NCBI GenBank assembly: GCA_964576865.1
Contig: CAZNVK010000001.1
Span: forward strand, 50,697-114,696
DNA: 64,000 bases
Direction of reading: 5' to 3'
Source of the DNA: an uncultured Candidatus Poseidoniales archaeon
Lineage (GTDB): Archaea > Thermoplasmatota > Poseidoniia > Poseidoniales > Thalassarchaeaceae
Below, piece after piece: positions 28,270-39,000 of the stretch. The notes beneath the pieces were generated by a model. It did no database searches, was not told the DNA's origin, and saw nothing but the letters and a program-made list of their open reading frames with translations. Each line of letters opens with the position of its first letter. The first letter of the stretch is position 1. Made by a program: the position numbers and the translations under genes.

Positions 28270-31104
28270 TCACGGGTCTTCATCATCTCGCAAGCCTCGG
28301 CCTAGAGAATCCAATCTATCATCAAAGTCATCCAAATCGAGGACGATATTCTCTGGATGAATGATATCGCTCTCCTGCAATTGATCCGCCATCTCGATTG
28401 CGTCAAGAATCGTATCCTCTGCCAAAGCCTCATCCAGAACATCGCCGGCTTGTCCCACCACCTCAGCCTCAGGCCCAGCAGCCACGGCGCGCGAGTGGTC
28501 GCCCGATTTCTCCATGAATTCTGCTCGGAAGGAAACAACATCGGTCGTAGGGCTCTCAATGATTTCAGGTACTTCTTCATCGCTGCCCTCGAACTTTGCC
28601 ATCCAATCTCCGACCTCTTCGACGACGACTTCTGGATTCTGCTTGCGGTAATACTCGCGTTCCGCCTCGATTCGATGGCGTACCGCCAGCGCAACAGCCA
28701 CTGCACCCACAATGCTGACAGCGACGATTAGAATCGTATTCAACCATCTTTGCATGAAATTCGAGAAGGCCGACGGTCCCTCTGGCTCAACGGGCCCCGT
28801 CGGCCCCACCCCGTCGATTGCAGCCGAGTGCTCGACCAGGTGCACCACAGAGGGGTCGCGCACCGAGCGCACCTCGACCGTAAGAACCGCCGAGGCAGCA
28901 ATCGGAACTTCCTCAGGGATATCCATCCAGACCTCGAATTCCACAGAGCCTCCAACCGGCACATCGAGTAACTCAAATGATCGCGCATCGCCACCGCTCG
29001 AATGAGTATCTGCGCCCTCCGGAGCGACCACACCAAATCCGGTAAAATCGGTGCACTCAACACTTACCACCAAGCCATCGGGGCTATTGCCGACATTGCG
29101 CATCTGCCATAATCCGGTCAGGCGTCCATCAGCGATTTCCGCGTCCGACCTGATTACCTCCCAAGCGTGAACGGCCGCGATTGTCACCTCGAAACTGACC
29201 TCTGCTGGAACCCAACCGTCGACCTCCACCTCGATCCTCACCTCGCCGGTCAGTCCGGCCTGCAGACCAACCGCTGTCCAAGCGTTGACATCGATTCCGT
29301 GAACCGTCTGTCCCGGTCCGAGGAATCTCGTGTATTCGGAAATATTGACGACTAGCCAGTCTGGTTGGTCGACCAAACTGAGATTGAAGAGGAATGCTGC
29401 ATCACCGGTATTCTCGATGAACAGCTCCACGAGGCAGGAGTCACCGGGAGCGACGTCGAACATGCAATCGACATTGGTCAAGCCGAGTTCTCCGCCGGAG
29501 CGCGGCACGATGCTGACCGATTGATTGACGCGTTTGACCTCCTGCATTCCCTCCGCCCAGACTTGAATCATCATATCGAGGCGACCAACGGTGCGAATCG
29601 GAGACTGGACCTGCATACGAACCGTCGCGCTCTCGCCGGGAGACATATCTTCCAGCCCAGCCTTATCGTAAACGATCGCTGTCCACCCGTCGTGAGCAAA
29701 GGAATGGTCTGGCACCTCGATGGGCGAGCCGTTGGCATCAACTGCGGCGATGTTGATTCCGAGCGAATTGAGGGAATTACCGGCATTCATCAGAACCACC
29801 TCCAAGTCGACGATGCCTCCTGGGTCAATCGAGGCGCTGCCACCAGCTTCGACAACCTCGACCCCCTTCCATTCGCCGTAGCGCATCGAGAAATTCCACC
29901 AATCCTCATTGCCGGTGTGGTCGCCGACCAATCTGACGCTGAAATCGTGAATTGAATCGGCAAGCGGCGCCCCAACAATAACCTCAGGCGATGTCACCGA
30001 GAATTGCATCCACTGGACCTCATCACTCGGCGCATCGAAGGAATGGCCAACGCTCGGGTCTGCGGGATGAACCCAAGACACCTCCCAGCCTGCGGGCCCA
30101 TCCACCTGAATCATAGCAGTCGTATCCACCTCAGCGAGATTGGTGAAATTGACACCGACTCCAATCGTGGAGGCGGGGTCGATATTGAACACCGAACCCG
30201 AATCGACCCCGAACTCAACGCCGGGATCCTCGTACATCCAAGGATAGGTCAGCCCGTCTGCGACCGAGGTGTTGAACACGGTGTGGTCAGCCCATTGCTG
30301 TAGTTCGAGCGTGCGCGTAGCGTTGATTCCCCCAGTCGAAGGCAATCCGACCGATGGAATCCCGGTGATCGCGACATGAATCACGCAAGCTGCCAGGTAA
30401 GTCCCCTGAATCGAAGGGTGGCTATCGTCAGCGGCGTAAAGGTCTGAGAAAATCGTACCATCTGAGGTAGGATTGGTCAGCGAATCGAAGATATTCCAGT
30501 GGGCGAGTCCGACGGGGGCGACGAAGACAGGTCGGTCGGGCGTCGAGAGATTTTCCGCGTATGCCAGATAACCGGTCTTGAGATGGTGTTGCATGGTAGG
30601 AAAATCGGGGAATCTCCATTGATTATTGGAATCACCATTTCGATAACCCCAAGTCATCATGAAGAAGATTTCACCACCTCGTGCTTCGACGAGTTCGTCG
30701 ATGATCTGGGCGCCCTCGTAACTCTCTTGCCAGTAGGTCGAACTCGTAGGGAATCCAGGAACTTGACTCTGATCCTGCAAAATGACGTAATCATGTGGTT
30801 CTCGAAGCCTATCGTACCACTGAGTGCCTTCGGTCTCCGCCTGCTCACCATGCCACGACAGACGCTTACCTCCACTGGTCAGAGCTTGGACGTCAGGGGC
30901 ATGGTCAGAGGCGTCGAGAAGATTATTCAAACGCACGTGCAATTGGTTGTTTGAGGTGTATGAATTACCCAACATCACGATGTCGAGGGCCGGCTGATCA
31001 TGGCTCGACTCGGCCCTCGCACTGTCCTCAAAAAGCATGCTCGGCGAATGCAAAGAAGCCAGAATTAGGAATACGAGGATTACACCCGTTTGGCACCCTC
31101 GCAT
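28270..31104 (-). CDS. Giant secreted membrane-anchored protein with N-terminal SGNH/GDSL-like hydrolase domain (944 aa)
   Basis: Signal peptide GVILVFLILASLHSPS. SGNH block I-like IVMLGNSYTSNN (Ser) and block V-like DDSHPS (DxxH). Long beta-rich acidic region. C-terminal TM ILIVAVSIVGAVAVALAV, then an acidic tail. Confidence 0.6.
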   Translation of the reverse strand: MRGCQTGVILVFLILASLHSPSMLFEDSARAESSHDQPALDIVMLGNSYTSNNQLHVRLNNLLDASDHAPDVQALTSGGKRLSWHGEQAETEGTQWYDRLREPHDYVILQDQSQVPGFPTSSTYWQESYEGAQIIDELVEARGGEIFFMMTWGYRNGDSNNQWRFPDFPTMQHHLKTGYLAYAENLSTPDRPVFVAPVGLAHWNIFDSLTNPTSDGTIFSDLYAADDSHPSIQGTYLAACVIHVAITGIPSVGLPSTGGINATRTLELQQWADHTVFNTSVADGLTYPWMYEDPGVEFGVDSGSVFNIDPASTIGVGVNFTNLAEVDTTAMIQVDGPAGWEVSWVHPADPSVGHSFDAPSDEVQWMQFSVTSPEVIVGAPLADSIHDFSVRLVGDHTGNEDWWNFSMRYGEWKGVEVVEAGGSASIDPGGIVDLEVVLMNAGNSLNSLGINIAAVDANGSPIEVPDHSFAHDGWTAIVYDKAGLEDMSPGESATVRMQVQSPIRTVGRLDMMIQVWAEGMQEVKRVNQSVSIVPRSGGELGLTNVDCMFDVAPGDSCLVELFIENTGDAAFLFNLSLVDQPDWLVVNISEYTRFLGPGQTVHGIDVNAWTAVGLQAGLTGEVRIEVEVDGWVPAEVSFEVTIAAVHAWEVIRSDAEIADGRLTGLWQMRNVGNSPDGLVVSVECTDFTGFGVVAPEGADTHSSGGDARSFELLDVPVGGSVEFEVWMDIPEEVPIAASAVLTVEVRSVRDPSVVHLVEHSAAIDGVGPTGPVEPEGPSAFSNFMQRWLNTILIVAVSIVGAVAVALAVRHRIEAEREYYRKQNPEVVVEEVGDWMAKFEGSDEEVPEIIESPTTDVVSFRAEFMEKSGDHSRAVAAGPEAEVVGQAGDVLDEALAEDTILDAIEMADQLQESDIIHPENIVLDLDDFDDRLDSLGRGLRDDEDP

Positions 31105-31198
31105 GGGCGACGCTCATCGTTCTCGTCTTTGATTCCTACCCTTTGTTGATGATTCGTGGCGGGGAAGGGTCTATGGTGCTGGGTGCTGTTGCAGCCAC

Positions 31199-31378
31199 AT
31201 GGCATGGCCATTTGGGAAGAAGAGCGCCCCCGTCGAAGCCAAGCCTGCGCCGAAGAAGGCACAGGTGGTTGAGTACGAGAGAAAGCCCGACAAGAAGCAG
31301 AAGGAGTTGATCGATGACAAGAGTCATCTCAAGCAGAAATCCTTCCTCGATGCGATGGCGCTTCTGGGCGACGATTGA
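31199..31378 (+). CDS. Candidate small lysine-rich protein (59 aa), below the 60-aa ORF cutoff
   Basis: ATG at 31199 to TGA at 31376-31378 encodes MAWPFGKKSAPVEAKPAPKKAQVVEYERKPDKKQKELIDDKSHLKQKSFLDAMALLGDD. Lies in an intergenic gap between two minus-strand genes. No homolog recognised. Confidence 0.25.
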   Translation: MAWPFGKKSAPVEAKPAPKKAQVVEYERKPDKKQKELIDDKSHLKQKSFLDAMALLGDD

Positions 31379-31386
31379 ATCAGCCG

Positions 31387-33141
31387 TCAGAGGACTGGGT
31401 CGGGGATTGCACGGCCTAGTGCATCGATGTCGAAATCTCCGGCTTGAATCGGTACGCGAAGGCCGAATTCTGAGCCTACCGCTGGGTCGAGTTCTCCGAA
31501 TTGTCCCACTTCCTCCCCTGAGACTAGGGCTTTTGCTCCACGTCCCTCAAGCCATGGTCCCTCATTGGGTTGGGTCGCTTCCCATTCGACCTCTGCGAGG
31601 TCGGCTCCGAGGTCGCGGAGGAAAGCTTGTGCGATTCCTTTGGCGGCTGTGAAGCCTCCTGCGACCTCTGCGCAAGCCCAGGCTGCTCGGGTTGCGTTGT
31701 GTGAGTCGTGGACGACGGTTCCGAGTTCGTAGACACGTTGCGGGAGTTCGTGGTGGCGGTTCGCTGCAAGGAGTTGGAGAAGGCTTGGGAGGATACGCTG
31801 GCGCATCATCGTGTGGTCGATGGTGATTGGGTTTGCTAGGGTGGTTGTTGTTGCTAGGGCAGGCCAGCGGGTATGTTCGAATTGGACTCGGTCATTGGAT
31901 AGGGTGAGGCTCTGTGTCTCTTGCAGGTTGAGTGAGCGGAGGCTTTCACGGGCTCTGCGGTGTAGGTGGGCTGATGGGAGTGGGATAGCGTCGAGGTGGA
32001 CGGCTGAATGGATGGTTGGCATATTGTCATAGCCGTATCCTATCGCTATGTCCTCGACGATGTCCACTGGATGCATGATGTCTGAGCGCCAGCGCGGCAT
32101 GGCGATAACGTGCTCGCGCTCACCGACTTCTAGGTCGGCCCAGCGCTCGGCCTTGTTGACGCCGTCTGTAACCGCGCGCGAGGCGAGGTGAGTGCCGCCC
32201 ATTCGCTGGATTGCGACTGCGATTTGCTCGCTGTCGAGGGTGAGTCCTAGGACTCGGTTGATGAGGCGGTCTGAGACTCTGTGCTCGCGCGCCTGCATGT
32301 TCGGGGTCATGCGAACCTGTCCGTCGTGTCCTGTGACCTGAACCTGCTCGATTGTTCCTCCGCGCTCGGCTAGGGAGAGACAGACTAGTAGTAGACAGGC
32401 TTCGACTGCGCGCTGGTCCCAACCAGTTACGTCGATGAAGAAGTCGGTTGTCGATTCGGTGACGGTTGTGTGGTCGCCGTTGATGATGGGTGGAAATGAG
32501 AGGACGGCGTCGTTGGCGTCGAGGATGACAGGGTAGCTGTCTAGATCTTCCATCAGGTAGGCGTACTCGACGCCCTTGGGGTGTTGTGTGAGGATTTCAT
32601 CGATGCTCATCTCCTCGCTGGTTGCGAGTGGGATGAAAGAGTAGATTCCCGGGACTGTTTCGACGCGGAATGGTGGTGCGAGGGTCGAGAGGTCGTGAAC
32701 ACCGATCGATGAGAACCGCCGACGACGTCCGAGACTCAGGTGCAGTTTTTCTTGGTGATCCATGAGCGATTGGATGAACTCGTCTATTTCTTCAGCGGTC
32801 TGCCCCGTGTTCACTCCTCTTACGACCGCGGCAAGAATGACCGGACGCACGGCTTCGAGGCTTGGGTCGACTGTCAGGGTCATTCCGCTGTCAACAGTTT
32901 CAACCGAAGGATTCTGCACCTCGTTCGCAAGGAAAGCACGGGAGGCGCGGGCCATCGTCTCATGACTGAGAAGGTCGGGGCGGTCGGGAAAGACTTCGAT
33001 CTCGATTCCTTCCTCGTCGCTACCTTCGACAACGCAGCCGATTTGTGATAGTCGGACTACCCAATCCTCGACATCGTACTCGGCCCCGTTCAGGGCTTGA
33101 ACCGAACGGAGTGTTGAGTGATTGAGGGTGATAGTTGGCAA
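31387..33141 (-). CDS. pheT: Phenylalanine--tRNA ligase beta subunit (archaeal type)
   Basis: 584 aa, archaeal PheT length. N-terminal MPTITLNHSTL...DVEDWVVRLSQIGCVVE pattern and B3/4-type domains typical of archaeal/eukaryal PheRS beta. Confidence 0.8.
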   Translation of the reverse strand: MPTITLNHSTLRSVQALNGAEYDVEDWVVRLSQIGCVVEGSDEEGIEIEVFPDRPDLLSHETMARASRAFLANEVQNPSVETVDSGMTLTVDPSLEAVRPVILAAVVRGVNTGQTAEEIDEFIQSLMDHQEKLHLSLGRRRRFSSIGVHDLSTLAPPFRVETVPGIYSFIPLATSEEMSIDEILTQHPKGVEYAYLMEDLDSYPVILDANDAVLSFPPIINGDHTTVTESTTDFFIDVTGWDQRAVEACLLLVCLSLAERGGTIEQVQVTGHDGQVRMTPNMQAREHRVSDRLINRVLGLTLDSEQIAVAIQRMGGTHLASRAVTDGVNKAERWADLEVGEREHVIAMPRWRSDIMHPVDIVEDIAIGYGYDNMPTIHSAVHLDAIPLPSAHLHRRARESLRSLNLQETQSLTLSNDRVQFEHTRWPALATTTTLANPITIDHTMMRQRILPSLLQLLAANRHHELPQRVYELGTVVHDSHNATRAAWACAEVAGGFTAAKGIAQAFLRDLGADLAEVEWEATQPNEGPWLEGRGAKALVSGEEVGQFGELDPAVGSEFGLRVPIQAGDFDIDALGRAIPDPVL

Positions 33142-33150
33142 TTTCTCACC

Positions 33151-34731
33151 TCAATTACCGAGCCACATCGGGAGGGGTCGATCATATCCGACTAGTCTGA
33201 GCCCGGAAATCGCTGCAGTATCGTGGTCGAGGGCTCGTAGATTTCGTCGGCTGAGTTCCGCGAGGTCACTGATTCCAAGCTCGCGCATCCATCCGCGGAG
33301 CGTGCCATCCACCCAATTCATTGCGCCCTCGTAATCATCGTCCAATGGAGGCGCGACAATCGCCGTACAGCCCGCTGCGCGGGCAATCAGGAGGTCTTCT
33401 GCAGAGGGGGCTTCGTCTAGTTCGAGAAGGATGGTTCTGCCTTGGTTAGGGAGATTCATCGCGCGGGCGACTAGACCGATCCGAGGTAGAGCGGCGGCGG
33501 CGCGGGAGCCACCAGCTGCTGCGACATCTACGACCGCGCCATCAAGGTCGAGATCCACAACCAAACGGAAGAGGTGTTCAACCCTTGAGACACTGTCCTT
33601 GATGAAGACAAGAGAATCGTCAGCCATGCGGCTGTACAATGAAACCAAGAGTGCTTCGATTTCAGCATCGTTTAGTGCAGGAAGACCGGTCAAATCCAAG
33701 ACCATGCCTGCACAGTTCTGGATTAGGCTAGCCGCTTCGAGCAGGTTATCCTCTCGAACCAGCATCAAATCGTTGACCCTGGGTTCGGAAGTGACCAGAC
33801 CTGGCTGAGAGACTCCATATTTTCCGGTTGCGGCAGTCATCCTATCTGTTTCGATTATCCAAGGTAGAGGTGCCAACAATCCATTTTCATCTTGGCCTGC
33901 TGGAAGAATCAGAGTAAGTGTGTCAAGAACTGATTGTGTAGAGAGTCTGTCGCGAGCTGATGGCACGAGGGTGATTCCTTCGAATCCCTCGCTGACCTTG
34001 CTATCGGGGACTTCTCCGAGCGGAGGTCCATCAGAGCTAGGGGCGATTACGAGCGCATCAGAGTCGAGTTGCAACCCAAGGGGCTCAAGTTGTAGGGCGA
34101 GTTCATCGAGCTCGGCCGCTTCGACCGACCGCATCGCCGCGCCCTCTCCCGGCGGTGGGCAGGATCCAGCGACGATTACTCGCCCACCGAGCATACCTCT
34201 TCCTGGTTCGGCTGCGGTATTCCCAAGAATCACGATCGTTCCACCCTCCATGGCGGCTCCGCTGGCCTTCCCCGCGTGTCCGCGGACGATCAGAGTGCCT
34301 CCGAGCATTCCAGCACCAGATTCGTCGCCGGCTGAGCCTTGTACCACGATTTCGCCCCCGCTCATGCGATGGCCCGTTCGATCTCCCGCATCTCGCTCGA
34401 TGGTGATCCGTCCATCTTTTTGGAAAGCGCCGAGCATCGACGTGCACCCGCCTTGAAGTGTGAATGTCCCACCATCGTTCATCGCCCCCGCGCACTCGCC
34501 CAATTCTCCGAGGAGAAGCACTCTCGAAGCAGGGGGGAGGTGGGTGACAACACCGATCTCACCTTTCTTCGGTTTTTCATCGCCTTGTTTGCCCCAACCG
34601 ATGCGTACCAAAAGGTCACGTTCAAGGGCTTGTTCAAGCATCTTGTCAAGGTCGCGATTGAGTTTGATGCTCTTCGCAGTGACGTCGCGCATGCTCTTCC
34701 CCAACCGAGACGGAATGGCTGCAGTCTTCAT
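33151..34731 (-). CDS. GXGXG-motif protein (glutamate synthase domain 3 / FwdC-like) with C-terminal domain of uncertain identity
   Basis: Repeated G-x-G-x-G beta-helix motifs (VVQGSAGDESGAGMLGGTLIVRGHAGKASGAAMEGGTIVILGNTAAEPGRGMLGGRVIVAGS). The C-terminal ~300 aa has a weak resemblance to the end of the GltB FMN domain (GWMRELGISDLAELS). Start set at an internal Met; the ORF extends to 34935. Confidence 0.55.
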   Translation of the reverse strand: MKTAAIPSRLGKSMRDVTAKSIKLNRDLDKMLEQALERDLLVRIGWGKQGDEKPKKGEIGVVTHLPPASRVLLLGELGECAGAMNDGGTFTLQGGCTSMLGAFQKDGRITIERDAGDRTGHRMSGGEIVVQGSAGDESGAGMLGGTLIVRGHAGKASGAAMEGGTIVILGNTAAEPGRGMLGGRVIVAGSCPPPGEGAAMRSVEAAELDELALQLEPLGLQLDSDALVIAPSSDGPPLGEVPDSKVSEGFEGITLVPSARDRLSTQSVLDTLTLILPAGQDENGLLAPLPWIIETDRMTAATGKYGVSQPGLVTSEPRVNDLMLVREDNLLEAASLIQNCAGMVLDLTGLPALNDAEIEALLVSLYSRMADDSLVFIKDSVSRVEHLFRLVVDLDLDGAVVDVAAAGGSRAAAALPRIGLVARAMNLPNQGRTILLELDEAPSAEDLLIARAAGCTAIVAPPLDDDYEGAMNWVDGTLRGWMRELGISDLAELSRRNLRALDHDTAAISGLRLVGYDRPLPMWLGN

Positions 34732-34860
34732 TCTGACGGGAGGCCAAATAGCACAGGTACGGATATCTCTTGCCGATTGAGGAGGCCGTCTGGCGAGAGC
34801 ATCATTGATAGAGGGCAGGCGACGGCGACGATTCGCCCGAAGGGCGCATGGGGTCACACC

Positions 34861-35901
34861 ATGGGGATAATCAAGGTCGCAATCAACGGATTCGGAACTA
34901 TCGGAAAGCGAGTCGCTGACGCGGTTGACGCACAAGACGATATGGAGATTGTAGGGGTAACCAAAACCGGACCTTCCTTCGGCTGCGATCTCGCAGTCAA
35001 GAAAGGATTCCCACTCTACTGCACCTTCGATGATGAGGCGCGAATCGCAGCCTTCGGCGAGCAGGGCTACGATTGCAAGGGCGGTCTTTCAGACCTGCTC
35101 GACGCAGCCGATGTAGTCGTCGATTGTGCACCCGGCAAGATGGGTGCTGACAATCTTGCGAAGTACAAGGCGGCTGGCATCAAGCACATGTTCCAAGGCG
35201 GGGAGAAGCACGCCTTGACCGGCCTCTCGTACACCTCCTGTGCAAACCACGAGGCCAACCTCAATGCTGACGGCACTCGAGTTGTATCTTGCAATACCAC
35301 CGGACTCTCCCGAACCCTCGTGCCGCTCTATAACCACTGCGGCTCGCTCAAGGTCGAGTGCACGATGATTCGTCGAGCCGCAGATCCCGGCGACTCGAAG
35401 AAGGGTCCGATCAACGCCATCAAGCCGGTTCTCAAGGTGCCTAGCCACCACGGGCCAGACGTGATGACAGTGAAGCCTGAGATTGAGATCAACTCGCTCG
35501 CAGTAGCCGTCCCAACCACCTTAATGCACGTCCACTCAATCATCGCTGACCTACCCTCCGGGCATGGTCTCACAACCGAATCGATACTCGAGATGTGGAA
35601 GGACTCGCCGCGAGTCATTGTAATGCATGGCACAGAGAATAAAATTACCACCACCGCTGAGGTCATGGAGATGGCTCGCGATATCGGTCGCAAGTGGGGA
35701 GATTTGCACGAGATCTTCGTTTGGGAAGATGGAGTGAAATTGGTCGGCGACCGACTGTACTACTTCCAAGCAATCCATCAGGAAAGCGATGTCATTCCAG
35801 AGAATGTGGACTGCATTCGCGCCCTGATGGGAACCGAATCCGATTGGCGAGCATCGGTTGCAAAGACCGATGCGGCAATCGATGCTTACTACGGATTGTA
35901 A
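34861..35901 (+). CDS. gap: Glyceraldehyde-3-phosphate dehydrogenase, archaeal type (phosphorylating)
   Basis: N-terminal Rossmann VAINGFGTIGKRVA. Catalytic Cys in SCNTTGL. Length 346 aa from ATG 34861. The upstream part of the long ORF from 34339 is not GAPDH-like. Confidence 0.85.
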   Translation: MGIIKVAINGFGTIGKRVADAVDAQDDMEIVGVTKTGPSFGCDLAVKKGFPLYCTFDDEARIAAFGEQGYDCKGGLSDLLDAADVVVDCAPGKMGADNLAKYKAAGIKHMFQGGEKHALTGLSYTSCANHEANLNADGTRVVSCNTTGLSRTLVPLYNHCGSLKVECTMIRRAADPGDSKKGPINAIKPVLKVPSHHGPDVMTVKPEIEINSLAVAVPTTLMHVHSIIADLPSGHGLTTESILEMWKDSPRVIVMHGTENKITTTAEVMEMARDIGRKWGDLHEIFVWEDGVKLVGDRLYYFQAIHQESDVIPENVDCIRALMGTESDWRASVAKTDAAIDAYYGL

Positions 35902-35939
35902 GCCGATTAAACCCCCTTGTTGTAACCAATTTCCACTTG

Positions 35940-35958
35940 GGAATTCCTTTGGAATTCC
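35940..35958 (+). promoter_or_regulatory. Tandem palindromes GGAATTCC-TTT-GGAATTCC (11-bp centre spacing) upstream of the S8 protease gene; candidate transcription-factor site
   Basis: Read directly in the gap-protease intergenic region, about 85-100 nt upstream of the likely protease start codon. Confidence 0.35.
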
Positions 35959-36042
35959 GCATAGAACGTTGGGAATAACCTGAATTGACCTATGGTCAAT
36001 CAACATCAACGGTCAAAAGCCCCTCAAGGGTCCGAGGAACTC

Positions 36043-39000
36043 ATGAATGACCGCCGCATGGTTCTCTTGACCCTTGTCATGCTCATGCTGAGCGGTTGGT
36101 CAGCCGGTCTCGTGACAGCCACCTCAAACGATGAGGTTAATGCGCCGCAGCACATCGGTTCTGAGGCCGCTACCTCCGACTTCATGTCATTCTCAAATGT
36201 CGATGAATCGACTCATGAGTTGCGTTCTAATAGCGGATTAATCCACTCTCCCTTCGGCTCGTTCGACCCATTGGAACAGCCGTTGCCCATCGGACCTGAG
36301 AATATCTACGATCCAGCAGCTCTCGAGAGAACCCGTTTCGCCCTCGTCCAATCGACTTCGGCAGACCTCACGCAACTGTATTTCGCTCTCGGCGAGTTCG
36401 GGGTAAATAGTATCGAGACCGTTCCTGACGACACATTCCTGATTCAAATCCCCCGCAATCTCGATGCACGGCAGACCCTCGCCGATTTGAGAGAATCCGA
36501 GTATGTCCGATGGGCTGGCGAATTACCGATATCTTGGAGGGTTAGTCCAGCCATAGCTGCGATTGCTGGCCGACAAGCGGTCACAGTAGATCTCGACCTC
36601 ACCCCTACACCAGGGTTGAGCAGCGTCGAACTCGAATCGCTATCCCAAGACCTTCTTTCGATATCCGGAGAAGTTGGTCCTCGGTCGATCTGCGATGCTC
36701 ACCTCTGCCAGCCCAAGGCTGTCAATGCGATCTGGATTCCTATTCTTGCGATGGATGGCCGCATTCTCCATCTCCACGAGTCATCGCGCTTGACTATCCA
36801 CAATTCCGTCGCCAGCCAAATTGCTGGAATCAGCCAGGCCTTAGTCGACTCCGCTAACACACTCAATGGAAGTGGCGAGGTCCTCGCAATCTCAGACACA
36901 GGGCTAGACGCGGATCACGGTGACTTTGACGGACGCGTGCGAGGAATTTACCACCAATTCGGGCCTGACAATTCGGCACTGGACCGTAACTCCGGTCACG
37001 GAACACACGTTGCCGCAACCCTTCTTGGTGATGGTTCCGGCGATATCTCGGCTCTCGGAATGGTTCCTGCGGCGACATTCCACTTCTACCAACTAGAGGT
37101 CGATTCATCCGGCATCATGGCCCGATGGGGATCACTCTACGATATGTTCAGCCACTCTTGGCAGAATTCTGCTCGCATCCAAACCAATTCGTGGGGTAAT
37201 GAGAATTTGGTAGGAGAATACAGTTCAGATTCCCGCTCTGCAGATGCATTCATCGTCGATAATCCGCGCTTCTTAGTTCTCTTCTCGGCTGGAGACCTCG
37301 GTGCCGACGGTCCTAGCACTATCACTCCGCCAGGCACCGCCAAGAATGTCTTGACGGTTGGTGCGTCGACCACTGGCTCTGAAGGTTCCGATCCAGCTGG
37401 CGACGTCCCGGACTTCTCTTCAATGGGCGCCACCCTCGACGGTCGAATCAAACCAGATCTTGTTGCACCGGGAGTCCTGCTCTGCTCAGCACAAGCCGAA
37501 GAAGCCCAGAGTCCTGATGGGGAGTCCTGCACCAGTGCCACACACGATGACGGCTCGACCCCACTGTACATGTCACTGAATGGCTCCTCGATGGCAACAG
37601 CCGTTGCCGCAGGCGGAGCGACGATGCTTCGACAACACCTTCGAACCGAGCAGGGAATCACTGAACCGCGCTCAGACCTAATCAAGGCGATTCTCATCAA
37701 CTCGGCTAACGACATAGGAAGCGCGGACATTCCCAATGCAGCAGAAGGCTGGGGCCAGATTGATGTCGCTAATGCAATCCAGCCCCGCGAGTCGGGAACA
37801 GACCTCAATCTGCTCTATGACGATTCCAGACAACTTGAACCCGGCCATAGTTTCGTCTACACCTTCGACGTGGACAACTCAGCCGGCCTCGATGTGACAC
37901 TTGTTTGGGTTGATTCTGAATCATCAACCATCTCCAATCAAAGCGCTGCCAAATTGGTCAACGATCTCGATTTAACAGCGACTTCACCTGATGGCACGGA
38001 ATATCTCGGTAATGTCTTCGCCAGTGGACAGTCAACGGCCGGCGGCTCCGCTGACCGATTAAATAATGTCGAACGAGTCAGTATCCCGGCCGGCAACGGT
38101 GGCATGTGGACGATCACAATCGGCCACGCTGGAGGTCTGACGCAATCATTCGCCCTCGTCGCAACTGGTCTTCTGCAAGAGGAGACCACCGCTGATCTCA
38201 CCGTATTCGAAGGCTCACTTTCGACATCCATCCTCGCTCCTCTACAAGGCGACACAGTTCTTGTCGAAGCCGCTTGGAGAAATCAGGCCGCCAAGGCCAG
38301 TGGCGCTTATACAGTCGAAATAGAGGACCTGACTGAGGGAACGATTCTATACACCTCAAACCGCAATTCGCTAGCCGGCGGAGCCTCAGCCTCCCTATCC
38401 TTCCCCCATGTCTTCCAAACGACTGGCGAACATATTCTCGAGTTGAGGCTCGACACCGGGGACGACGTCATTGAACTTAATGACGAGAATACCGGTGTCG
38501 ACAATAATCGCTACCAGTTGACTGTACAAATCTCCCAGATAGGTGTCAGAATTACCCCCCTTATGGAAGACGGTTCAATCCCACAAACCCCTGTGGATCT
38601 AGCCCAAGCGATGACCCGAACCCTCGACCCGAGCACTGGTAGCATAATCATCTATGATTTCATTCTCCAGAACGAGGGAACCTCGCCAATCAGCGTCGGC
38701 CTCTCGGTAACCCCTCTGCAACGAATTGATGATCAGGGAATCCTTCAAGCACCGAGGGATGAGTGGTGGAAATTACTCAACGAGACAGGTCCATGGGACC
38801 TAGCAGAGGGAGGGAATGAAGGAGATTCGACTCGAGTTACACTAACTCTTGAGGACGTTGACGCCGACCTGACCGACCCGACGGGAGCACGCTACGCTCT
38901 TCCCGGTACCTTCGTCAACGATCTGAATCTCTTCGACAAGAATGCACCGACGGTCTCTCATACTATTCGTGTGACCTCGACCGTCGAGCGCATCGAAGGA

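Noticed and set aside
34339-34860. N-terminal 174-codon extension of the GAPDH ORF
   Set aside because: No similarity to GAPDH. It overlaps the upstream divergent gene. The canonical VAINGFGTIG N-terminus starts right after the ATG at 34861.
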